Origin: Histomonas meleagridis 2922-C6/04-290x | Taxonomy: Eukaryota > Protista > Parabasalia | Length of the DNA: 64,000 nt | Direction of reading: 5' to 3' | Assembly (NCBI GenBank): GCA_020184695.1 | Contig: JAANOX010000004.1 | Span: forward strand, 310,001-374,000 | Shown here: in pieces, positions 42,511 to 51,886 of the stretch | Position numbering within the stretch: position 1 is the stretch's first letter | Layout: each line of letters opens with the position of its first letter | Position numbers and translations under genes: made by a program | Notes under the pieces: generated by a model | Databases searched by the model: none | What the model was told of the DNA's origin: nothing | Seen by the model: the letters and a program-made list of their open reading frames with translations, nothing else

Positions 42511-43700
42511 GAACTAATTGTAATTGATGAGAAAAATGATAAAATATATAATAAAATTTAATTGTTTCGTTCATTTATATTATTGATTTCTTGTTAAACT
42601 TTATATATCAAAAGAAAAAATTATTTTCTTGTTTGTTTATATTGCTTTTTTTCAATGAATTATTCGCAGAAACCTTTTTTTTGTAAAAGCTATATTAAAA
42701 ATAAACCAGAAATTTTGTACATTCAATTTTGAGAAAACGAGAGTTTTGTCTCTTGCCACGTTCATAATTTCATTTGGCATCTCATTAAAAGATTATGGAG
42801 TTCAAACACTTTTATTGTCATTGTAATAACATTGATGTGAATGGGAAAGTGGTTGATCTTCATCATAAAACAGCATTAAATAACAAATCACTCAAAGAAA
42901 TTATTCGAAATCAACAAAATTTTCCATTACTTCAAATTAATTCTTCATCAATTTATATTAAAGATTGGAAAAAGATTTCAATCAACAAAATATCTTCTTC
43001 TAAATTTCAACTCGTTTGTTGTTTATGTTCACAAAGCATTAATATTTATCCAATTCGAAGTAATTGTTATTTACAATTTGGGAAGAATATAATCTCAAAG
43101 AAACGAACAGATTTAATAATTCCACCAGAAATTCATGAAATTTTTAAAACATCAAAAATGAAACAATTTCACCAACATTATTATCTATTGACAAACAAAA
43201 AAAGACAGAATCTGGAATTTTTTCATTAGAACAAGAAATGTTAATGGATGATAATGATTTTGAGTTAATGTTTGGGAATCATAGTGAAAGATTCGTTGGA
43301 TCTTTTCAAGATTATTTATTTTGTCAGCCATTATAAACATTTTAAAATGTTTGAATTATGTAAGGAACAGTAAAATTAGTTTTTCCATGAATTTTTTTGT
43401 TTATTTATTTATTTATTTAAACATATTAAATTCATAATCAATTTAATTTTTTATTTATATTGAAAATATTATTATAATATATTTTGTGTTTTGTATTTTG
43501 TATATATACTACAAGTTGTGACAAAAGCGAAATTGAAGCATAAAATTCTCTCATTGTGAGTGTAGTTAAATATTTTATATAAACATCTTTAAACATGTTT
43601 ATATATGTTAATCAGCTTAAGCTTTGTAACCTAATAACACAACAAAATAATATTTACTTTTCATAAAAGTAATTTATTTTTTAACTTATTTATTAATTTC
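42511..43700. repeat. Inverted duplication 2, right arm
   Basis: Reverse complement of 36425-37603, with a ~25-nt indel near 43640. Confidence 0.9.
42795..43336 (+). pseudogene. Copy of the 36765-37304 gene with a +2 frameshift at about 43147
   Basis: Identical N-terminal 117 aa; TTTTTAAAAC here versus TTTTTAAC in the other copy. Confidence 0.75.
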
Positions 43701-44628
43701 CACAAAACTTTTGGAAATATATTACGAGTGTTATTGGGAGCAAAAATGCAAATATTGTCCATGCAACAACTTCTGTTTGGCGAACACTTGGGACACTCAC
43801 AACATATTCAGAGAACGATGGAATAGCTATTCGTTGGAATGCTTCTGCTAGTGCGTGTCCTGCTTCTGAAATTTGCTTGCGACTGATTTGTTGGCACTTT
43901 TCGATGTAAGCATCATTAACAGTGCTTCCGTTTGTGAGCTGTGCATAGCCATACTCAATGGTTAAGTTCTTTGTTTGTGCAATAATTTCGGTGGCAAGTG
44001 TGGTTGAAAATGTTGTTGAGGATGAATATGTTGATGTTGGATATTCTTTGATTATTGCATCAACAGTGGAGTTGACTTGGCTCCAGTCAAGACTTGGATA
44101 TAACCCACAACCTGTTTCCCATAAATCAAAAAGTGAAATAAAGTTATTATTATGTTTCACATAAAAATTCTTGGCATTGTCGTCACCATTGGGAAATTCA
44201 TTGGTAAAAAGTTCTGTAACGTGGAAAATTGAATGCATATCACAAATTGTTGAGAGAAATACTTTGAGATTAAATACAAAGCACCATGGGCGAGTTGAAT
44301 CACTCATTATTAAATGCTGTAGTGTATCATCAATGTTGGCCAAAACATCATCAGTATCACCATGCTCAGAAATATTGAGATGTTGTTCATTGATTGGATC
44401 GCGACGGAAGTGCCAATGATCAAAAGAAGCAATGTTATAAGGTGGTTTTCTGGCTGTGTATGTAAACATTGCTCCTTCTGCTGCATTTGTGAAATGATCT
44501 CCTCCAATTTTGTAAGCATTCATCATAAGTCTTCTATAATCCGAACTCACTGAACGCATGCCAAGTTCGAAAGCGATAGCGAGCATTTGTTCGCTCCATG
44601 AAAAAGCAAAACCTATGAACAGCCACAT
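43693..44628 (-). CDS. S1/P1 (class I) nuclease-like type I membrane protein, degenerate active site
   Basis: Signal peptide then W1, HWHF, CDMHSIFH (cf. GDIHQPLH), GDDNA and LFDLWE (cf. LHxxWD), with a C-terminal TM. Confidence 0.75.
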   Translation of the reverse strand: MWLFIGFAFSWSEQMLAIAFELGMRSVSSDYRRLMMNAYKIGGDHFTNAAEGAMFTYTARKPPYNIASFDHWHFRRDPINEQHLNISEHGDTDDVLANIDDTLQHLIMSDSTRPWCFVFNLKVFLSTICDMHSIFHVTELFTNEFPNGDDNAKNFYVKHNNNFISLFDLWETGCGLYPSLDWSQVNSTVDAIIKEYPTSTYSSSTTFSTTLATEIIAQTKNLTIEYGYAQLTNGSTVNDAYIEKCQQISRKQISEAGHALAEAFQRIAIPSFSEYVVSVPSVRQTEVVAWTIFAFLLPITLVIYFQKFCGN

Positions 44629-45440
44629 TTTGGAACAACGGAAAAATCTATCGTTATTGAATTAAGAATTTTTCATGTCACATGACTCTAAAGACGACAT
44701 TAAAAAATCATTAAATCGAATGCAAAACTTATGGATAAACGTATCAAATTATTATCTAAGAAAATATTCCCAGTTTAAGCTGATTTTAATATAATTCGTT
44801 TTAAATGATTGTCAAAACCTATCAAATTTAATAAGATTACATGGAATAATTGAAACAATATGAAAAAACCAAGTGAATAATATTTTAAATTGGGATTTGA
44901 TTTTTGTTGAAGGCAAAAATCAAATCCGATGTTAAATATAGAAGATGATTGTTTTTCAAACTGTATAAATATGTAATTAATAATATTATATATTTTAAAT
45001 GATTATTGAATACGATATGTCATATAAAAATATTATAATATTATAATTATAGAATTATTCAAATTTATTAAAAAAAAATATCTTTCATACTAAATTTCAT
45101 GAAAAAAATTATTAGAACGAATATAAAATTATGAACTTATCTATATAAATTTTATTTAATTTTAAAACTCTATTCGAATTTCGTTAAAATATTTAAAACA
45201 GCACTTATGAAATAATTTTTAAATTGTTTTACTGAAATAATGAAAATGTATGTACCTCTTTAAGAAGAAAGCCATCATGAAAAACATATATATAAAATAC
45301 AAATTATAAAACATGTGTTTCTTTACTTTCACAAAATGTTAACAATAAGAATCAAATCTTGAAGAAACATATTTTTAATTTGAAGTTGCGCTAATGTTTA
45401 AATTTAAAAATAATCAAAAATAGTAAAATCACAACATTTA

Positions 45441-46736
45441 TTATTCGTATTGTATGTGTAAAAACAAGTTATCATTCGTAATTCCATATTTTTGTTCAAG
45501 TTTATTATTTTCAGTTATTGTCAATGTTCTATCAAAACCAAAATAATAACCAGAAACATGTTGAAACACTCCATGGAACACAAGCGCATACATTCCAGGT
45601 AACAATTCCGAACAATGGAACCTTGAATAAACCTTTGATGGAAACAATTTGTATAATGAGATTATAAACATTACCGCTTTTTGACCACTTAGAATCTTTG
45701 GGTGATCACTTGTAGATGAATACATTGCTAGCATTGCTAATGGTGACTTTGGTCCACATGTATCAATTGTAAAAGATATTTTACATGTTTCTATATCGTA
45801 AAAAGTGCCAATATTATCGGCATTCGAATTCATGAAGTTTATCGCAAAAGTGTCGAAGGGAATCTGTAAATATTTTGCAATAACAACATTGCTTTGAACA
45901 GAAGGTATATGAATTCTCCAATGAGGAACTTGTTTGTTTGCCTCCGGTTCACGCTTGACAACTTTCTCTACTGGCTTCTTTGGAGGCGTTTTTTGAAAAA
46001 TTGATAAATCAAATTCTCTGTAAAAATAAGGTTGGAAGCCAGAGTTACGGAAACGATTTTGAGAAAATTCTTTTTGTGGAAGCGGATTGTCGTAAAATGA
46101 AACATGTTCAAGATTTCGAAATATTCCTTTAATATTCAGAAAATCTTTTGTGGATTTAAGTCCATTCCCAGCAAATCTTAGATGTGTTATCGTAAGAAAT
46201 CGTGTGTCTTCATCAAAGTATGAGTATTTATAGCATTTTAAAGCAGATAAAAAAAGTAAAAAACGAATTGAATTGGATAACTTTTCTGGTTCTTCCTCTA
46301 ATTCAGTCAGTACATTAAATCCACGTTGATTTAGATATGATAAATCAAGGATATTTGGATGAATTATAAGATTCCTATTAAAATCAACTTGCTCCACAAG
46401 ATATTCAGTATCAACTGGTGATATATATAAAGGTTCACCATTAAATATTATATTATATGGAATTTCTTCTTCTAAATTACAATGACCAAAAAAAGTGAAA
46501 AATGGTAATTCTGGATCTGGGGAATATTCAACATTTTCACTTCCTTTAACTGGATGAATTTTATGGTTTAATAATATATGAAAAATATATTTAATATCAT
46601 TTTGATCAAGAACAGGACCAACAGCATACGTTCGTGGGGGGTTTTGTTTTTTTGGAGGGAATGACTGGTCCCTAGCTGCTTTTGGTGCATTGCCCTTATT
46701 TGCAAATGGAGCAAAAGGGTTAATATTCCCAAACAT
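45441..46736 (-). CDS. NXF1: Mex67/NXF1-like mRNA export factor (LRR + NTF2-like)
   Basis: LRR ITHLRFAGNGL...NLEHVSFYDNPL and NTF2-like FHGVFQ...FDRTLTI...ITNDNLFL. Confidence 0.65.
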   Translation of the reverse strand: MFGNINPFAPFANKGNAPKAARDQSFPPKKQNPPRTYAVGPVLDQNDIKYIFHILLNHKIHPVKGSENVEYSPDPELPFFTFFGHCNLEEEIPYNIIFNGEPLYISPVDTEYLVEQVDFNRNLIIHPNILDLSYLNQRGFNVLTELEEEPEKLSNSIRFLLFLSALKCYKYSYFDEDTRFLTITHLRFAGNGLKSTKDFLNIKGIFRNLEHVSFYDNPLPQKEFSQNRFRNSGFQPYFYREFDLSIFQKTPPKKPVEKVVKREPEANKQVPHWRIHIPSVQSNVVIAKYLQIPFDTFAINFMNSNADNIGTFYDIETCKISFTIDTCGPKSPLAMLAMYSSTSDHPKILSGQKAVMFIISLYKLFPSKVYSRFHCSELLPGMYALVFHGVFQHVSGYYFGFDRTLTITENNKLEQKYGITNDNLFLHIQYE

Positions 46737-46805
46737 CTTGGTTGAAAACCGTTAACCAAACGAATGAATCCGTAAACCATAGAAAAAACGACACTTTTCA
46801 AGCAA

Positions 46806-49800
46806 ATGAGTGGAGACCTAATAAATGAAATCACAACACATGCAGAAAATTTATTTCCACAAGCTAAATCTGCAGTAACATATAGATCTACAATTGCATA
46901 TTTTCTGCAGAATATCAGAGCTTTTTTAGATAATATTCAATCACTCAAAGATAAAGAATTATCACAAGTTGAAATACAAGCTCTTCAACGTTTTGATGGA
47001 ATCATTTCTCATTTATTAAATTCCGCACTTCCTCAACTTTCAGATCAATGGGTCTCTACTGCACTTCAATCATCGTCAACACATTTTCATCATTATATAG
47101 ATAAACAAAGGAAGGCCTTGATTGAAATATGTAATGATCTTTCATTTGATTCATCTAAAGTTGTAGTTTTTGATATAAGGCAAGATTCTGTAAATAAAGT
47201 AACCGATTTATTGGATTTAAAAAAATTACTTCGTGATGTTCGCAAAAGAAAACTTTCGGTTCCTAACTCAGTGGGTGTTCAACAACTCATTGAAACTCGG
47301 CTTCGTTCTATATCGAAACATTTACCTAAAAAAGCAAAAAGAGGTATTAAAGAACAACAATCAACAGATGTAATTCCAATTATTGAACTTCATCGAAATA
47401 TGGACAAAGAATTACAAAATTTCATATCCAAAGATATTCCAAATGAAGATTTAGAGATTGGTGATGCACTTGGGACTGGGGGTTTTGGCACTGTTTATAA
47501 AGCTATTCGTCTTTCCACGTCAGAACTTCTTGCAGTAAAAGAAGTTCGAAGTGATAAACTCACATTATCAGCATGGGCTTCACTTTATTCGGAAGTTGCT
47601 ACAATGGCACCTCTTTCTCAACACAAATATGTCCTTGAACTTGTTGGTGCTCATGTAACAGAGCCTTATCGAATCATAACTCGATTCTGTTCTGGAAAGT
47701 CACTTTTTGACAGATTACATCGTCCTAATTCCGGGGCACCCCTAACATCACAACGTCTTACAGCTATAGCATGTCAAGTAGCAGAAGGAATGTCATTTCT
47801 TCATTCAAATGGAATTGTTCATCGTGATTTAAAAACAATGAACATTCTTCTTGATGGTGATGATATTGCCAAAATTGCAGATTTTGGACTTGCAGGAATG
47901 ATGAAAGATAACGAAATGTTATTTGGTGGTGTTGGCACACCTCATTATACTGCTCCGGAAGTTCTTGAAAGGAAAAGTTATGGTTCCAAAGTTGATATTT
48001 ATTCATATGGAATCATTCTATGGGAAATGGCTGTTAGACAAATTCCTTATCGTGATAAATCACCACAAGAAATTTATGATCATGTAGTTAACAAAGGATG
48101 GCGTTTACCATTTACAAATAATGTTCCGAATTGTCTCAAACAAATCATTAGTCGTTGTTGGAATGTTAATCCAATAGAGCGTCCAGATTTTGATGAGATT
48201 GTACATCTTTTTAAGAGCGGCAAATTATATTTTAATGGAAGTCAAAATCTTAATTTAGAAATTCTTGAAAGTGGTAAAGGATGTCCTCCAATTGACTTTA
48301 ATTATCTAGTTTCAGTTCTTAAAGATCCATCAAATATTCATTTTCCGAGTGTTGTAACATTTCTCGAGAAAAACATTGATTCGAAACTTAAACAACGCTT
48401 ACGTGAATCGAACATCATTGATAACTATAACTCTGATTCACCCAATCCAAGTTCTATCTTATCTATCTCCACTTTATTACTTGAAAACAGCGAATTGAAG
48501 CATTTTGTCAAAACCGTTGCCGATCGCATCATTCAAAAAGGAATTGAAAGTGACGATGTTCAATTGATCCAATCCTCTATAAAATTTTGTTTAAAAATCC
48601 CATCAAAAGACTTCAAAATTATTGTTCATTATATCCCTGACTTTATTTCACGTTCTAAGCAAGATGACACTTTATTATTTTTAGTTATACGAATTTTTTC
48701 ACGTTTACCTCCAACAGATGTAACATTTTATGAAGAAGAAATATATTTATTTTTCACCAAAATTAATTTTGAGCAAACGCCAGACCAAGAAACGCTTGAA
48801 TCAATTTCGATATTAATACCGATAATTTCCGATCGCTTAGAACAAACGCAAATTAACTCAATGATTGGGTTAATTGAGACTGATTTAAATTGTCCGATTC
48901 CATTAATAAAATATATCATTGCTAAAACTAAGAAAGAGACAAATGTTCGCTTAGTTAAAGCGTTAATATTTGCAGCATCACATTCGAACATTACTGAATG
49001 TTTACTTGAGGTATTACAACGATGTTCTGATAAAGACATCACGAAACTTATTAAAAACAATGAAATCTTTGAACAGATACAAAATTTATTGAAAGAAAAG
49101 AAGTCTATTGATTCATCATTGTTATTATTATTTTATTTATTACATGATGAAAATGTTCCAGTTTTATTAATTAATCATCCAATCATTGATTTAGTATTAC
49201 AAGTCAAAGGACATGTTGCACAACGATTACAAATATTTACGTTGTTATTTAGCTCCGAATTATTTTGTTCGAACACTACAATTAGTAATTCTGTGATACA
49301 ATTAATTATATCTTCATTAAACATTGAGTCATTAAGTGAATACTCATTAAAATTAATTGGCGCGTTATCATTACATTCGATTGGTTGTTCATTAATTAAT
49401 GAGACTGAAATGTTATCATTGTTTTCGCAAATGTTTTTGTCTTCAACTTGTAATGACTTAACAACGCAATTATTAATTTTAACAAATCTGGCTAAAGCTG
49501 AATGTCAAATACCAGAAGTATCATTAATAATCTCTTGTTTAATGCAAGAATTAATTGTGTCAACGATAAATCGAATTAATATATTGTTCACATTAATACA
49601 TTTAATAAAGTCATCCCCAAATAGCGTACAAGAACATGATATACAATACGCAATTTTGCCAATGCTGACAAAGAAACAAGAGCCAACAATTAATGTGCTG
49701 TTGTTCCAGTTACTCGACGCGTGCGATATGATAATACTAAGAAATGTGTACAAAATTATTTTGGAGAAAACTTTCGAAATTTTGTCGAACTCGTTGATGA

Positions 49801-50036
49801 TGTTCCCTGAATTGTTAAACGCGGCAATACAGTTAATGCTGTCGTTGTCGACTTCGTTCGACTTGAATGAGTTCTTTAACAAAACAAATTTTAGAGAATT
49901 CGTAAAAGATGTTAAGTCGCAGATGGAAATATATCTGAATGAAAACGAGGGAATCAGCTCGAAGGATAAGTTCGAAAGTATTAAAGAACAAATTTCAAAT
50001 TGTTCATATATACTGAATCAAAAAGCTGTCGAATAA
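46806..50036 (+). CDS. TKL-family protein kinase with helical N-terminus and ARM/HEAT-like C-terminus
   Basis: GTGGFGTV, AVK, HRDLKTMNILL, DFG and GTPHYTAPE. It lies 69 bp from the divergent Mex67-like gene. Confidence 0.92.
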   Translation: MSGDLINEITTHAENLFPQAKSAVTYRSTIAYFLQNIRAFLDNIQSLKDKELSQVEIQALQRFDGIISHLLNSALPQLSDQWVSTALQSSSTHFHHYIDKQRKALIEICNDLSFDSSKVVVFDIRQDSVNKVTDLLDLKKLLRDVRKRKLSVPNSVGVQQLIETRLRSISKHLPKKAKRGIKEQQSTDVIPIIELHRNMDKELQNFISKDIPNEDLEIGDALGTGGFGTVYKAIRLSTSELLAVKEVRSDKLTLSAWASLYSEVATMAPLSQHKYVLELVGAHVTEPYRIITRFCSGKSLFDRLHRPNSGAPLTSQRLTAIACQVAEGMSFLHSNGIVHRDLKTMNILLDGDDIAKIADFGLAGMMKDNEMLFGGVGTPHYTAPEVLERKSYGSKVDIYSYGIILWEMAVRQIPYRDKSPQEIYDHVVNKGWRLPFTNNVPNCLKQIISRCWNVNPIERPDFDEIVHLFKSGKLYFNGSQNLNLEILESGKGCPPIDFNYLVSVLKDPSNIHFPSVVTFLEKNIDSKLKQRLRESNIIDNYNSDSPNPSSILSISTLLLENSELKHFVKTVADRIIQKGIESDDVQLIQSSIKFCLKIPSKDFKIIVHYIPDFISRSKQDDTLLFLVIRIFSRLPPTDVTFYEEEIYLFFTKINFEQTPDQETLESISILIPIISDRLEQTQINSMIGLIETDLNCPIPLIKYIIAKTKKETNVRLVKALIFAASHSNITECLLEVLQRCSDKDITKLIKNNEIFEQIQNLLKEKKSIDSSLLLLFYLLHDENVPVLLINHPIIDLVLQVKGHVAQRLQIFTLLFSSELFCSNTTISNSVIQLIISSLNIESLSEYSLKLIGALSLHSIGCSLINETEMLSLFSQMFLSSTCNDLTTQLLILTNLAKAECQIPEVSLIISCLMQELIVSTINRINILFTLIHLIKSSPNSVQEHDIQYAILPMLTKKQEPTINVLLFQLLDACDMIILRNVYKIILEKTFEILSNSLMMFPELLNAAIQLMLSLSTSFDLNEFFNKTNFREFVKDVKSQMEIYLNENEGISSKDKFESIKEQISNCSYILNQKAVE

Positions 50037-50107
50037 TATAACTATAAAATTGTTTAATAAAAATGTTTGTTAATATAAAATGTTTTGTGTTTTAATAAGC
50101 AATTTTA

Positions 50108-51386
50108 TAGGGGGTGGAAAAAGTGCGTTCGTCACCCTTTTTTTCAATGAATAAAAAAGTAAAAGAAAATTTGTTTATTTATTATGCTATGTATTCACCT
50201 TGAGTTTCAATTGTAATCAAAAGTCTGTTCATCCATTCATTATATACGGCTCTGCAGGTGTCTTTAGGAATACTATACAGTAATGCCTCAACCTTTTGAA
50301 AAAGTTGATCTCCATCTTCAAACTCCTCACCTTCGAGCATTTTTTTTAGATATCCGAACAGGAAAAAGTCAGACAGTGCGAGATCTGGCGAAAATGGGGG
50401 TTGCGGAGACTCTTTAATGCCCAATTCATTCAATTTTTCATGAACCAAATGAGGTCGGGAGTTATCCATATGCAAAAAATACTTCTTAGTTGGAATTTTT
50501 TTTGCCAAATCTCAAAGTACAACTTCAGAAAAAAAATTTCGATTAAATTTTTGACCTATTGGGAGCATTGTCATTGATTTGATACCAGTTATAGACCATA
50601 TAACAGATATCATTACTTTTTTGGAGGCAATGATTTGTTTGGGTTTGTTTGGTTTTTGCACTCCAGATTTAATTCACATCGAGTTTCTCCAGTTCACAAA
50701 ATAAATCCAGGTTTCATCTTGTGTCAATATGTGCCTCAGCCTGTGGTCATTTGAACTAGAAAGGAATTCGGATAATTTAGAAGCAATGGCGGCTCTTTTG
50801 GCTCTAATCTTTGGAGTCGACTTATGTGGGATCCATTTAAAGTTAACTTTTTTCATCCCTAAAATATTAATCATTATATTTTTCACTGTTTTTGGATCTG
50901 CGCCTACATTCTTCGCAATTTTCTTCGTCGATGCATACGGATAACTTAATATAAAATTGGTTATTTTTTGATCTAAATCTGATCTTCTTGGTCTCCCTGT
51001 TTTTTTTCGATTCGAAAATTGAGAAGGTATGTTCATTCATCTTTTTTGTTAATTTCTGAACTGTTCGAAGTGTGATAATATTATCACCATATACAGCACA
51101 TAATCGTCTATATATGTCTTGATTTTCATTTGATTCTAACCAAAGGAAATGTATAACAGAACGTAATTCCTCAATTCAAACTGACATAAGAATGATTAAA
51201 CGTTCTTTTTCAGAGGGTATCCTGAAAAAAAGTTGTTTTACTTCATGCATCATATTTATTTGGAAAAAAGTATTATAATAAAAATGATAATATATTTATT
51301 ATAGATTTTATTTATATAACTTGATTTTATAAATATCTAATATAAATCAAAAAAAGGCTTGACGAACGGACTTTTTCCACCCCCTA
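50108..51386 (-). mobile_element. Tc1/mariner DNA transposon, 1279 bp, defective
   Basis: 27-bp TIRs TAGGGGGTGGAAAAAGT(G/C)CGTTCGTCA at 50108-50134 and 51360-51386 (26/27 identical), with TA on both sides (50106-07, 51387-88). Confidence 0.93.
50182..51187 (-). pseudogene. Mariner transposase pseudogene
   Basis: HTH LRSVIHFLW, KWIPH, TQDETW, MDNSRPH and FSPDLALSDFFLF. In-frame TGA at 51176, 50674 and 50512, plus a poly-A frameshift near 51000. Confidence 0.9.
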
Positions 51387-51886
51387 TACTTTTGTTAACT
51401 AAGAAACACAAGAAAACAATTAAGTAACGCATGCGATAATATAAGTAATGTTTACTAAATTATCATAGGGATAACATTAGAAATATTGTTGAATTAGTTT
51501 GTCTTGAATAAGTTCTTTAATAAAACAAATTATAGAGAATTTGTGAAGAATGTGCTTAAATTGCTAATCGAAAATTATTTGTTTGAAAGGCAAGGAAATA
51601 GTCCGAAATTATCTTAGCACAAGCATCCAGTTGTTCATATAAATCATGTAAAGTGTTATAATAATATTATTTCCTTTGTTCAAAGATATAGTTAATATTA
51701 ATGCTTGCGATATGCAAATAATATGAGATATTAATCAAATTATTATAGAAAACATTCGAAATATTCGCTGAATATACTTCCTGAGCTCTTAAATGTCATT
51801 CAATTCAACATATCTTTGCCAAATTTCCTTAATTTGTTTTCCTAAAACGTCGAAAGTTATTATAAAAAGAGATTTTTACTTTACAT

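Noticed and set aside
50182-51187. Stop-codon reassignment (TGA) suggested by three in-frame TGAs in the transposase
   Set aside because: Only one TGA falls at an expected Trp, a frameshift is also present, and conserved host genes have no internal TGA and some end in TGA.
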